From Pristiophorus japonicus (lineage: Eukaryota): a stretch of 64,000 bases of DNA. A model generated the notes under the pieces. That model had not been told where the DNA came from, did not search any database, and worked only from the letters and a program-made list of their open reading frames with translations. The position numbers and the translations under genes were made by a program. How positions within the stretch are numbered: the first letter of the stretch is position 1; each line of letters begins with the position of its first letter. This document shows positions 12,781-24,052 of this stretch, piece by piece. The stretch spans positions 4,960,001 through 5,024,000 of the forward strand of contig NC_091998.1 of NCBI RefSeq assembly GCF_044704955.1, written 5' to 3'.

Positions 12781-12904
12781 TCCTAGCCCGTGGGCATTGC
12801 ACTCTGTCTTGGTCGCGTTGCTCGCACTGCAACGCTCAGCTCCTTGCACATAACCGAAAACAATCCGGGCCAGCGTTGACTCCACTGTTTTTGTTTCTGT
12901 TCAG

Positions 12905-13013
12905 TGTCGCTCCCATCAGTGCTCATGCTGCTTTCGACAAGGCCGCTCACTACTTTGGGATGAGTATCGTGCACGTACCATTGGACAAGAGAACAATGCA
13001 GGTGGATGTGAAG
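12905..13013 (+). CDS. SGPL1: SGPL1 internal exon (first one visible)
   Basis: tcag|T GTC GCT...GTG AAG|gtaggt, 109 bp. Encodes [36 protein letters not shown]. Confidence 0.95.
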
Positions 13014-13179
13014 GTAGGTGCTCGATCAGATTGCCTTTTTATGAAATTGCACTGAACTGCTACTTTTTACTGAGATGCCACTAATATCCTGACGTTCAGC
13101 ACTGAACCTACTACTATGATCCTTTCAGCAGCCTTTAGTTTCAGAGTCATAGCCACGTTACTTATGAAAATGGATTGGA

Positions 13180-13435
13180 ACATAAGAAATAGGAGCAGGA
13201 GTCGGCTATTCAACCCCTCGAGCCTGCTCCACAATTCAGTAAGATCCTGACTGATCTTTGATCTCAACTCCACTCCCCTCCCACCCCCCCCCACCCCCCA
13301 GATCCCTTAGTTCCCCTAGAGCAGAGAATTCCAAAGATTCACCACCCACTGAGTGAAGAAATTCCTTCTCATCTCAGTCCTAAATGGCCGACCCCTTATC
13401 CTGAGTCGATGCCCTTTAGTTCCAGACTCTCCAGT
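13180..13435 (-). mobile_element. CR1 LINE 3' fragment
   Basis: aacataagaaataggagcaggagtcggc tail plus CR1 3'UTR. Confidence 0.85.
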
Positions 13436-14075
13436 CATCCCCCTCGGAATCTTGCGTGTTTCAAGGATTTGGGTATAAACTGTGGAAAATCTGCATTGAA
13501 TGCGATGACTATCAGTGTTATCTCTTGCTTATCCTTCTCCACCCCTGTCCCCCCTCCCCACAATGCCGCTGATATCCCGTGTGTCTTGAGGCTGTATGTA
13601 TTTCGTGATGACTGCCAATATTTAATCATTGCTCAGCGGAATTAGTGAGACAGTTTGAGCCTTCTGGCCGTTGCAAGTGGTTCAGGAGTCCTGCGCAGCT
13701 TAATGGGAACGCTGGTCGGTCCTACTTTGACTGATCAAAGCCTGAAAAAAATGTTTATATTGGTCAAATAATATGCTTTTAAAATATATATATTTAGCAT
13801 CATAGTAATCGGGTTAACATTAAACGGATAGCATTTACAATTACGTTTGTTTAAATGACTATATTTATGCTCTATTTGATCCGGTATCCACCTTTAAATG
13901 TGGTGCGTTCTAATACTGTGATTAACCTACCAATGTGTATAAATCATGGCCATTCTCAGGGAGGTGCAGCAGTAATGTTGTTGGTGAAAATAAATATTTA
14001 ATGGAATATGAATAAGGGCAAACATAACCACACCCGAGCGTGCAGTCTGGTTGAGAGCTTTACTCAAATGCTAAT

Positions 14076-14277
14076 TGTTACATGTAAACTTGTATTTACT
14101 CTGTACAGCCACCAGAGGGCTCATCCCCTGGAGTCCCAAAGGATCCCATAATCCCTTGGGAGCACAGGTATTTAAGGAGTTTGGAGGGGCACTTTGGAGA
14201 CCTGCAATAAAAGACTACGGTCACACTTTACTTTGCGCTCACAGTGTTCAGTCTGACTCTTATCTCTATACGTAACA
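14076..14277 (+). mobile_element. Solo LTR of the Gypsy family found at 57-59 kb
   Basis: TGTTA...TAACA ends. Shares ccaccagagggctcatcccctggagtccca and gactacggtcacac with the LTR at 57077. Flanks CTAAT/CAAAT give a 5-bp TSD with one mismatch. Confidence 0.85.
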
Positions 14278-14589
14278 CAAATAGCCTCTCTAATTGAATA
14301 TTCTGTGTCTGTGTCGACATACTGAAATGCAATTTGAGCCATTGATGTGCCGTGTACAAATGGGATACACCAGCTTTCAAACCACGGCTGTGGCTCGCAA
14401 GAGTTCCGTGAGGTCAGTTCTCTGCCTGTTTGGGTCTGCCAGGTCTGGCTGAACCACACCGAGTGCTCTCGGTCTTCGGTCCTCTGACCAAACCGCCCAC
14501 GACTTTATCCGAAAGAACAACTCCTGCATTCAAAGATCTTTAACGCCTCTCTCCGCTACCTCCAATAATAAGCGCAAGGAGCTGCTGGA

Positions 14590-15110
14590 CTTATTCATTA
14601 AGGTTGAGACCATCTATTCCCTCTCCAGTTTCCCTTGTCTGCCAATCCAAGCTCCCCCCTCTAGGTTTCCCCAGCCCTAGCTCTGAACCCCCATCTTTCT
14701 TTCGTTTCTCCCCTTATCCCGTCTCTGTACTCACCTTGGCCATGAGACGCACCTCCTGCTCCCTTAACCCTGTCCCCATCCGCCACCCCCCTGCCATGTT
14801 AACTGGTATTGTAAATAGTTTCCTCTTCTCAGGACATGTCCCCCTCCCTTTCAAAACCACTGTTATCCGCCCCCTCTTCAAAAGAAAAACTCATCCTTGA
14901 CTCTCTGTCCTTGCAAACTACTGCCCTATCTCCAGACTCCCTTTTCCTCTCCAAGGTCCTTGAACGCGTTGTCCCCTCCCAGATCCATGCCCAGCTCAGC
15001 TTGGGGTTCAAATAAGACATTATGGCCTCTGGAATTCCCTCCCTAAACCTCTCCGCCTGTCTCCCTCCTTCTTCTTGTTTAGTTTGATCACGCTCCTTGT
15101 GAACTACGTG
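14590..15110 (+). mobile_element. L2 LINE fragments (degenerate ORF2 piece joined to 3' end)
   Basis: cctttcaaaaccactgttatccgccccctc...ttgactctctgtccttgcaaactactgccctatctcc...ctccaaggtccttgaacgcgttgtc is the L2 ORF2 region just upstream of RT. Confidence 0.7.
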
Positions 15111-15111
15111 T

Positions 15112-15685
15112 ATTTACGTAGCGCCTTTCACATAGTGAAACGTCCCAAAGCCCTTCACAGGAGCATTATCCAACAGGATTTGACACCGAGCCCTGTTAGG
15201 AAATATGACCAAAAGCTTGGTCAAAGAGGCAGGTTTTAAGGAGGAGAGAGAGGCGGAGAGGTTTAGGGAGGGAGTTCCAGAGCTTGGGGCCCAGGCAACA
15301 GAAGGCACAGCCACCGATGGTTGAGCGATTATAATCAGGGATGCTCAAGAGGCCAGAATTACGGGGGGTGGGGGGGTTGGGAGAAGGAGGCTGTCGACGG
15401 GGATTAGAGAGATAGGGAGGGGCAAGGGCCATGGAAGGGGTTTGAAAACAAGGATGATAATTTTTAAATGGGGGCGTTGCCGGACCGGGAGCCAATGCAG
15501 GTCAGCGAGCACGGGAGCTGATGGGTGAGCGGGACTTGGTGCGAGTTAGGAAAACGAGCAGCAGAGTTTTGGATGAGCTGAAGTTCACGGAGGGAGGACG
15601 CTGGGAGGCCGGCCAGGAGAGCGTTGGAATAGTCAAGTCTGGAGCTAACAAAGGCACGGCTGAGGGTTTCAGCAGTGGAAGAGCT
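15112..15685 (-). mobile_element. L2 LINE 3' fragment
   Basis: Minus-strand translation AETLSRAFVSSRLDYSNALLAGLPASSLRELQLIQNSAAR...KLWNSLP is an L2 ORF2 C-terminus. Confidence 0.9.
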
Positions 15686-15821
15686 GTGAGGCACATTCTT
15701 GGCACATTCACCTTATGGAAGCGCCTTGAGACCTTTTTAGCGCCTCAAGGCTGCTATATAAATGCAAGGAGTTGTTTTAAGGAGTCTAGCCTGTGCGTGC
15801 TAACAACAGGGCTTTGCAACA

Positions 15822-16597
15822 AGAAAGAAAGAAAGACTTGCATTTATATAGTGCCTTTCACGACCACGGAACGTTCCAAAGCCAATGGAGTAGCTTTTTT
15901 CTTTGACGGGTAGTCACTATTGTAATTTAGGAAACCCGGCGGACAATTTGCGCACAGCAAGCTCCCACAAAGATCAGTGTGATAATGACCAGATGATCTG
16001 TTTTCGTGATGTTGTTTGTGAGATAAATATTGGCCGGGACTCCCCCTGCTCTACTTTGAAATAGTGCCATGGGATCTTTTACATTCATCCGAGAGAGCAC
16101 ACAGGGGCCGTGGTTTAATGTCTCAACTGAAAGACTGCCCCTCTGACAGTGCGGCGCTCCCTCAGTCCTGCCCCTCCGACGGGGCGGCGCTCCCTCAGTC
16201 CTGCCCCTCCGACGGGGCGGCGCTCCCTCAGTCCTGCCCCTCCGACGGGGCGGCGCTCCCTCAGTCCTGCCCCTCCGACGGGGCGGCGCTCCCTCAGTCC
16301 TGCCCCTCCGACGGGGCGGCGCTCCCTCAGTCCTGCCCCTCCGACGGGGCGGCGCTCCCTCAGTCCTGCCCCTCCGACGGGGCGGCGCTCCCTCAGTCCT
16401 GCCCCTCCGACGGGGCGGCGCTCCCTCAGTCCTGCCCCTCCGACGGGGCGGCGCTCCCTCAGTCCTGCCCCTCCGACGGGGCGGCGCTCCCTCAGTGCCG
16501 CAGTGGGAGTGCCAGTCTAGATGTTTGTGCTCAAGTGCTGGAGTGGGGTCTTGAACCCTGAACCCTGTGACTCACAGGGCGAGGATGCGACCGCTGA
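15822..16597 (-). mobile_element. Deu-SINE with an internal 33-bp minisatellite expansion
   Basis: SINE tail at 15822 and head near 16550-16597, with an internal array. Confidence 0.88.
16136..16496 (-). repeat. 33-bp minisatellite, ~11 copies
   Basis: Unit gcggcgctccctcagtcctgcccctccgacggg starts at 16151, 16184 ... 16481. Confidence 0.97.
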
Positions 16598-16681
16598 CAT
16601 CTGTTTTTGTTTTTGGAAGGCGCAGGAAAAATGAGACTTGGAAGATTGCTGCAGCTAACCTGACTCTGCTTCCATCTGCAG

Positions 16682-16780
16682 GCCATGAGAAGAGCCATCT
16701 CAAGGAACACGGTCATGCTGGTCTGCTCGGTTCCACAGTTCCCCCACGGTATCATGGACCCGGTCTACGAGCTTGCCAAG
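16682..16780 (+). CDS. SGPL1: SGPL1 internal exon
   Basis: tgcag|GCC ATG AGA...GCC AAG|gtgctt, 99 bp. Encodes [33 protein letters not shown]. Confidence 0.95.
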
Positions 16781-17127
16781 GTGCTTTCTGGACCCTGTAT
16801 TAACAATGCTGCGACGGAAAGACTCCAGCGGGAATTACCCGGCTTTATTTGAAGAAGTTCAAAGCCCTTTTGGTGGAGACGGAAGATGGGAAACTCTCAT
16901 GTGTTGCTTTTGTTTTTTCCTGTCCGTCCTTTATATAGTTTCACTAAGAATACAGTTGTTGAAAGAGAAATTCTTGGGGATTTGATAAGCACGTCACTCC
17001 TGTTTTCTGGAATTGTTTTGAAGCTGTCTCTGTCAGGAAGCCTTTCAATACGATTTCTTACAGATTAATAATGGTTAACTTTGCCGTTTTGTTTTTGCTC
17101 CTAATTTTCTTTTTCACTTCAAAGTGA

Positions 17128-17455
17128 AATGTTTCCCCACGTGGGGGGGATCTAGAACCAGGGAGCATAGTTTCAGAATATGGGGTCGCCCATTTAGAAT
17201 GGAAATGAGGAGGAATTTCTTTTCTCAGGGTCGTGAATCTTTGGAATTGTGGCCTGGGTCATTGAATATATTTAAGGCGGAGATGGACAGATTTTTGAGC
17301 GATAAGGAAGTCACGGGCTATGGGCAGCGGGCGGGGAAGTGGAGCTGAGGCCAGGACCGGATCAGCCATGACCTTATTGAATGGCGGAGCAGGCTCGAGG
17401 GGCAAAATGGCCGACTCCTGCTCCTATTTCTTATGTTCTTATGTTTTATATGTTC
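17128..17455 (+). mobile_element. CR1 LINE 3' fragment
   Basis: Ends actcctgctcctatttcttatgttcttatg. Confidence 0.9.
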
Positions 17456-17499
17456 TTTTGTAAAGACTGATCACCACTGAGGAGGAATCAGGTTTGAGG

Positions 17500-17885
17500 G
17501 AACGGTATTATAGTGGTTATGTTACAGGATTAGTAATCCAGAGGTTCGGACTAATGATCCAGACATGAGTTAAAATCCCACCAAGGCAGCTGGGGAATTT
17601 AAATTCAGTTTGGAATAAAAAGCTCGTATCAGTCAAGGTGAAACTATCAGATTGTCGTAAAAACCCACCTGGTTCACTAATGCCCTTTTAGGGGAGGAAA
17701 TCTGCTGCCCTTACCCGGTCTGGCCAATATGTGATTCCACACCCACAGCTTTGTGGTTGACTCATAACTGCCCTCTGACATGGCCCAGTGAGGCACTCAG
17801 TTGTTCAAAGGCAATGAGGGATGGGCAATAAATGCTGGCTTCGCCACTGATGCCCATATCTCGAGAACGAATGGGGGAAAAAAAA
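17500..17885 (+). mobile_element. Second SINE family (MER131-like), sharing its 3' tail with the LINE at 21980/51035
   Basis: gtggttatgttacaggattagtaatccagagg...ctggttcactaatgccc...ggcaataaatgctggcttcgccactgatgcccatatc. Related copies at 61185-61515 and, more diverged, ~41600-41870. The family name is from recollection. Confidence 0.65.
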
Positions 17886-18234
17886 CTAGTTCCCACAGCG
17901 TGTGGGCAATCGGCATTGTATCGCTGAGGCTGGGAGGAAATTATGATCTCTTTTTCCCCCCCCCCCCCCCCCCCCCCCCACCCAGTCACCTTCTTGGCAC
18001 AATTACCTTGTTGCTGCATAAGATCGGGGGCTGGTAACCGGGCCAAATGACCATTCGTGGTGTGGGAGCCTAGATATGTGAATTCCAGGGTGGGGGGAGG
18101 GGCACGCAGGGGGAGAAATGGGCGTTGGGAGGTATGGATTTGGGGGGGGGGGTGAGGAAGGGATCAGTACAGTTAGACTCACCCAGTGCCCATTCTTGCT
18201 CCATTCAAACGGGCATCATTTAGCTTGCTGTCAC

Positions 18235-18665
18235 GCACTGGAACCTGAGGGGGCAGAGATTTACTAGAATTGTTACCAGGGATGAGGGCTTCAGTTCATG
18301 TGTAGAGACTGGAGAAGCTGGGGTTGTTCTCCTTGGAGCAGAGAAGGTTAAGAGGAGATTTGATAGAGGGGATTTGATGGAATATATCGGGAGAAGCTGT
18401 TTCCACTGCCGGGAGGGTCGATAACCAGAGGACAGAGATTTAAGGCAACAGGCAAAAGAACCTGAAGTGACATTATACACAGCGAGTTATGATTTGGAAC
18501 GCGCTGCCTGAAAGGGCTATGGACCCAGATTCAATAGTAACTTTTAGAAGGCAATTGGAGAATTGGTGGGTTATGGGGAGTAGGGCTGATTGGATCGCTC
18601 TGTCACAGAGCCGGCACAGGCACGATGGGCCGAATGGCGGCCTCCTGTGCATGTATGATTCTGTC
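18235..18665 (+). mobile_element. CR1 LINE 3' fragment (degenerate)
   Basis: gagactggagaagctggggttgttctccttggagcagagaaggttaagaggagattt...gatgggccgaatgg. Confidence 0.8.
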
Positions 18666-18806
18666 TGCATTCAGATAACGTGGTGGTTTTATTTTTCAAA
18701 ATATGTTTTGAAATTCACTCAACTGCTTACAGTTAATTAATGATTTCTCCCCCGTCCCCTGCACCCTTCCCCATCTCTCTCTCTCTCTCTCTCTCTCTCT
18801 GTTCAG

Positions 18807-18953
18807 CTGGCCTGGGATTATGAAATCCCCTTGCATGTCGACGCCTGTCTGGGGGGGTTTCTGATTGTCTTCATGGAGAAAGCTGGTTACTCGCTGTCGC
18901 CCTTCGACTTCCGTCTTAAGGGAGTGACGAGCATCTCTGCCGACACGCATAAG
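18807..18953 (+). CDS. SGPL1: SGPL1 exon ending at the PLP-binding lysine
   Basis: (ct)n gttcag|CTG GCC...CAT AAG|gtaggg, 147 bp. Encodes [49 protein letters not shown], including the HVDA and SADTHK motifs. Confidence 0.96.
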
Positions 18954-18957
18954 GTAG

Positions 18958-19412
18958 GGAAAAGAAAGGAAGACTTTATATAGTGCCTTTCACGACCACC
19001 AATCATCTCAAAGCGCTTTACAGCCAATTAGGTACATTTGGAGTGTAGTCACTGTTGTAATGTGGGAAACGCGGCAGCCAATTTGCTCACAGCAAGCTCC
19101 CACACACAGCAATGTGATGATGACCAGATGTGATGTTGATTGAGGGATAAATATTGGCCCAGGACACCGGGGATAACTCCCCCTGCTCTTCTTCGAAATA
19201 AGAGTCGTGGGATCTTTTACGTTCACCTGAGAGGGCAGACGGGGCCTCGGTTTAACATCTCATCTGAAAGACAGGCACCTCCGACAGTGCAGCACTCCCT
19301 CAGCACTGCACTGGGAGGGTCAGCCTAGATTCATGTGCTCGAGTCCCTGGAATGGGACTTGAACCCACGACCTCCTGACTCCGAGGCGAGGGTGCTGCCC
19401 ACTGAGCCACGG
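18958..19412 (-). mobile_element. Deu-SINE, full length, inserted immediately after the splice donor
   Basis: Same consensus as 11394-11860. Its tail begins within ~5-10 nt of the gtaggg donor. Confidence 0.88.
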
Positions 19413-19747
19413 CTTGGTTACAACTGGCCCACGATGCGTGAATGAGGTTTGGTGCAGGGTGGGATACGGGCAACGGAGTTTCTGGGTGAGCTGAGGTTTA
19501 TGGAGGAGGTCAGAGGAGAAAAGGAGGCCGGCCAGGGCTGACGAAGAGGTGCTCTTTGCGATGGAAAGGCTTGGCAGTGTCGGCTCGGCATTGAATAGGC
19601 TGCGAACATGGTCTGGTTCAGCCTGCGACAGTGGCCAGGGAGGGGAGTGGAATTGGTGGCAAGGGTCGGGAGATTGTGGGTGGGGCGGGAGGTGGTGTGA
19701 AGACTAATGCTTCGATTTCCCCAACGTTGAACTGGAGGACATTGGGA

Positions 19748-19881
19748 ATACGTTCCCTCGGCCGCACAGCCTAGTACCGACATTTGCAGTGTGAAATTTT
19801 GTGCGTGCGCAAAGCTTGGAATGGGCCACGCAGCCTGTTAATGGGATCGTGCTCCCAAATTTAAAATGAGGGGGAACATTG
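19748..19881. mobile_element. hAT-type MITE with 8-bp TSD, inserted in an old L2-like fragment
   Basis: TSD CATTGGGA at 19740-19747 and 19882-19889. Ends (atac)GTTCCCTC ... GGGGGAACATTG. Confidence 0.7.
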
Positions 19882-19934
19882 CATTGGGACTTGTATTGTG
19901 TGCCTGCAGAGCATACAACACCACAGCACTTCAA

Positions 19935-20960
19935 ATGCAAGTAATGCATTTGGGGAGGGCTACAAGGCAAGGGAATACACAATAAATGGGAGGACACTGA
20001 GAAGTGTAGAGGAACAAAGGAACCTTGGAGTGCATGTCCACAGATCCCTGAAGGTAGCAGGACAGGTAGATAAGGTGGTTAAGAAGGCATACGGAATACT
20101 TGCCTTTATTAGCCGAGGCATAGAATACAAGAGCAGGGGGGTTATGCTACAACTGTATAAAACACTCGTGTGGCCTCAGCTGGCATACTGCCTGCAGTTT
20201 TGGTCACCATAGTACAGGAAAGAGGTGATTGCACTAGAGAGGGTACAGAGGAGATTTACGAACATACGAAAAATGACGGACAGGTAAAGATCACCTGGTC
20301 CAGCGAGCCTGTCCCCCACAATTGCAATACCTTGTGCATCACAACATATACACTCCACCCCACCTGGAACCATGTGATCTCCTGGGAGAGGCAAAAAAAC
20401 AGATGAAATACCCAGGCCAATTTGGGATTAAAAGAAAATATGGGAAATTTCTCTCCGACCTATCAAGGCGATTGAAACTAGTCCTGTTTACATTTATGGG
20501 GATGTTGCCTGGACTGAAGAATTTTAGCCAAGAGGAAAGATTGGATAGGCTGGGTTTGTTTTCTTTGGGACAGAGGAGGCTGAGGGGAGACCTGATTGAG
20601 GTGTATAAAATTATGAGGGGCCTGGATAGAGTGGATCGGAAGGACCTATTTTCCTTAGCAGAGGGGTAAATACCCCGGGGGGCATGAATTTAAAGTAGTT
20701 GGTAGAAGATTTAGAGGGGAGACGAGGAAACGTTTCTTCCCCCAGAGGGCGGTGGGGGTCTGGAACTCACGGCCTGAAAGGGTGGTAGAGGCAGAAACCC
20801 TCACCACAGTTTTAAAAAGTACATGGATGTGCACTTGAAGAGCCGTAACCTACAGGGCTACGGACCGAGAGCTGGAAAGTGGGATTCGGCTGAATGGCTT
20901 TGTCGGCCGGCACGGACACGATGGGCCGAATGGCCTCCTTCCGTGCTGTAAATTTCTCTG
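19935..20960 (+). mobile_element. CR1 LINE 3' portion, interrupted at ~20261-20495 by an antisense retroelement 3' fragment
   Basis: ORFs 19898-20212 (LGVHVHRSLKVAGQV...LEYC-like) and 20322-20669. The insert begins aacatacgaa and is flanked by ATTTACG/ATTTATG. Confidence 0.85.
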
Positions 20961-21180
20961 ATATTATCTTTCAAAGCAATTCAACACACGGAAATATCGT
21001 TGCCTATATGAGAGATGCAGTAGATTACGAGCTAATGGCTGCACCCATACACAAAAGATTTAAATGAGAGTTCCCCCTGCTGAACTGTTAGTGGGATTGA
21101 GTGGGCAGAAAGTTTCATTCTTCCAGTTGCTAGCTTGCTCAATGATTTTTTTTTTTAATGATAATTTCTTCCCCTCCCAG

Positions 21181-21419
21181 TACGGATACGCCCCCAAGGG
21201 TTCGTCCGTCATCCTGTACAGCGACAAGAAGTACCGTCACTACCAGTTCTTCGTCGCTCCCGACTGGCAGGGAGGGATCTACGCGTCGCCCACGATCGCC
21301 GGATCGAGACCCGGAGGGATCATCGCTGCCTGCTGGGCGACCATGATGTACATGGGCGAGGACGGCTATGTTAAAGCCACCAAGGAGATCATTGAAACAG
21401 CGCGACATATTGAAACACA
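21181..21419 (+). CDS. SGPL1: SGPL1 internal exon
   Basis: cccag|TAC GGA TAC GCC...ACA CA|gtacgt, 239 bp. Encodes [79 protein letters not shown]. Confidence 0.97.
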
Positions 21420-21979
21420 GTACGTATACTCTGTATAGCCTCACGGTTCAGGTTATGAGCAGCGATTACAGTTTCGGCTTGTTTGAATATCATATAAAGA
21501 AAGACTTGCATTTATATAGCGCCTTTCACGACCACCAGACATCTCAAAGTGCTTTATAGCCAATGGAGTGTAGTCACTGTTGTAATGTGGGAAACGCCAA
21601 TTTGCGCACAGCAAGCTCCCACAAACAGCAATGTGATAACGACCCGATAATCCGTTTTTGTTATGTTGATTGAGGGATTAATATTGGCCCCAGGACACCG
21701 GGGATAACTCCCCTGCTCTTTAGTTAATAGAAAGAGTTGCATTTCTATAGCGCCTTTCACAACCTCGAGACATCCCAAAGCGCTTTACAGCCAAGGAAGC
21801 ACTTTTGAAGTGTTGCAGGAAATTAGGCTTCTGTTCCCTGGAATTTCGATGGTTAAAGGGTGATTGGATCGATGTTTTTAGGAATTTGAAAGGAATTGAC
21901 AGGGTAGGCAGAGAAACTTTTTTCCCACTGGTAGAGTAGACTAGGACACGGGGGCATAACCTTAAAATCAGAGACAGCC

Positions 21980-22470
21980 TGGATGAGTTGCAGATTCAAC
22001 ACTCGAAGCTCGACACCATCCAGGACAAAGCAGCCGCTTGATCGGCCCCCCATCCACCACCTTCAACATTCACTCCCTCCACCACCGGCGCACCGTGGCT
22101 GCAGTGTGTACCATCTACAAGATGCACTGCAGCAACTCGCCAAGGCTTCTTCAGCAAACCTCCCAAACCCGCGACCTCTACCACCTAGAAGGACAAGGGC
22201 AGCAGGCACATGGGAACACCACCACCTCCACGTTCCCCTCCCAGTCACACACCATCCCGACTTGGAAATATATCGGCCGTTCCTTCATCGTCGCTGGGTC
22301 ACAATCCTGGAACTCCCTCCCTAACAGCACTGTGGGAGCACCTTCACCACACGGACTGCAGCGGTTCAAGGCGGTGGCTCACCACCACCTTCTCAAGGGG
22401 CAATTAGGGACGGGCAATAAATGCCAGCCATTCCAGCGCCGCCCACATCCCGGGAATGAATTTAAAAAAG
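21980..22470 (+). mobile_element. LINE 3' end (CR1/L2-superfamily-like), nested in a CR1 fragment
   Basis: IHSLHHRRTVAAVCTIYKMH...WNSLP followed by the ggcaataaatgc...gcccacatccc tail. Further copies at 51035-51575, 56168-56613 (minus) and 63913-64000. Confidence 0.8.
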
Positions 22471-22569
22471 AGAAGTTAGGAAACACTTCTTCACCCCTCC
22501 GGTAGAAGTGTGGTACACTCTCTCCCACAAAAGCAATAGGTGTTGCCTCAATTAATTTTAAATCTGAGA

Positions 22570-22870
22570 TTTGCGCACAGCAAGCTCCCACAAACAGCAA
22601 TGTGATAATGACCAGATAATCTGTTTTTAGTAATGTTGGTTGAGGGATAAATATTGGGCCCAGGACACCGGGATAACTCCCCTGCTGCTCGTCGAAATAT
22701 TGCCATTGGATCTTTTACGCCCACCTGAGAGAGCAGACGGGGCCTCGGTTTAACGTCTCATCCGAGAGACGGCACCTCCGACAGTGCAGCACTCCCTCAG
22801 CACTGCACTGGGAGTGTCAGCCTGGATTTTAATGCTCAAGTCTCTGTTGAACCCACAACCCACTGAGCCA
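22570..22870 (-). mobile_element. Deu-SINE fragment
   Basis: Matches the SINE consensus seen elsewhere in the window. Confidence 0.85.
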
Positions 22871-22949
22871 TGGCACTTTGGGGGCAAAGTAAAAGTGTGT
22901 GAACACCAACAAAGATAATTATTATCCCTGCACCAACATTTCCCTTGTC

Positions 22950-24052
22950 TGTTAAGCAACGCCTCGATTTCAAAATTCTCATCCTTGTTTTCAAATCCTT
23001 CCATGGCCTCCTCACCCCTCCCTATCGCTATAATCTCCTCCAGCCCCACAACCCCTCTGAGATGTCTGTGCTCCTCTAACCCTGCCCTCTTGAGCATCCC
23101 TGATTTATAATCGCTTAACCATTGGTGGCTGTACCTTCTGTTGCCTGGGTCCCAAGCTCTGGAACTCCCTCCCTAAACATCTCCGCCTCTCTACCTCTCT
23201 CTCTTCCTTCAAGATGCTCCTGAAAACCTACCTCTTTGACCAAGGTTTTGATCACCTGCACTTCATTCTACTTAATTCAAGTCAAACATGCAGGTGCAGC
23301 AAGCAGTTAGGAGGGCAAATGGTATGTTGGCCTTCATTGCAAGAGGATTGAGTACAGGAGCAAGGATGTCTACTACAATTATATAGGGCCCTGGTGAGAC
23401 CGCACCTGGAGTAGTGTGTGCAGTTTTGGTCTCCTTACCTAAGAAGGGATATTCTTGCCACAGAGGGAGTGCAGCGAAGGTTCACCAGACTGATTCCTGG
23501 GATGGTAGCACTGTCGTATGAGGAGAGATTGGGTCGACTAGGCCTCTATTTAGAAGAATGAGAGGGGATGTCATTGAAACGTATAAAATTCTGACGGGGT
23601 TGGACAGACTGGATGTGGGGAGGATGTTTCCCCGGGCTGGGAAGTCTAGAACAAGGACTCAGTCTCAGGATATGGGGTTGGAAATTTGGGACCGAGATGA
23701 GGAGAAATGTTTTCACTGAGGGTGGTGAACCTGTGGAATTCTCTACCACAGAAGGCTGTGGAGGCCAAGTCACTGAATGTATTTAAGAGGGAGATATCGA
23801 TTTCTAGAATCAAAAGACATCAACGGGTATGGGGAGAAAGCGGGAATATGGTGTTGAGATAGATGATCAGCCATGATCATATTGAATGATGGTGCAGGCT
23901 CGAAGGGCCGAATGGCCTACTCCTGCCCCTATTTTCTATGTTTCTATGTTAATTGGCTCGGTGTCAAATTTTTTATCTCCTAATACTCCTGTGAAGCACC
24001 TTGGGACATTTCAGTACGTTAAAGGAGCTATATAAATACAGGTTGTTGTTGT
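22950..24052 (+). mobile_element. L2 3' end interrupted by a CR1 fragment (~23285-23950)
   Basis: L2 3' sequence runs to ~23270 and resumes at ggctcggtgtcaaat...ctatataaatacaggttgttgttgt after the CR1 tail ttctatgtttctatg. Confidence 0.85.

Noticed and set aside
9492-12900. Searched for the preceding SGPL1 exon (TSGGTESI...KAYRD motif)
   Set aside because: No matching frame with splice sites was found by eye. A GTGGT-like stretch near 9780 does not extend.
11101-16496. 33-bp repeat arrays resembling CRISPR arrays
   Set aside because: The units are head-to-tail with no unique spacers, lie inside SINEs, have no cas genes nearby, and the context is vertebrate.
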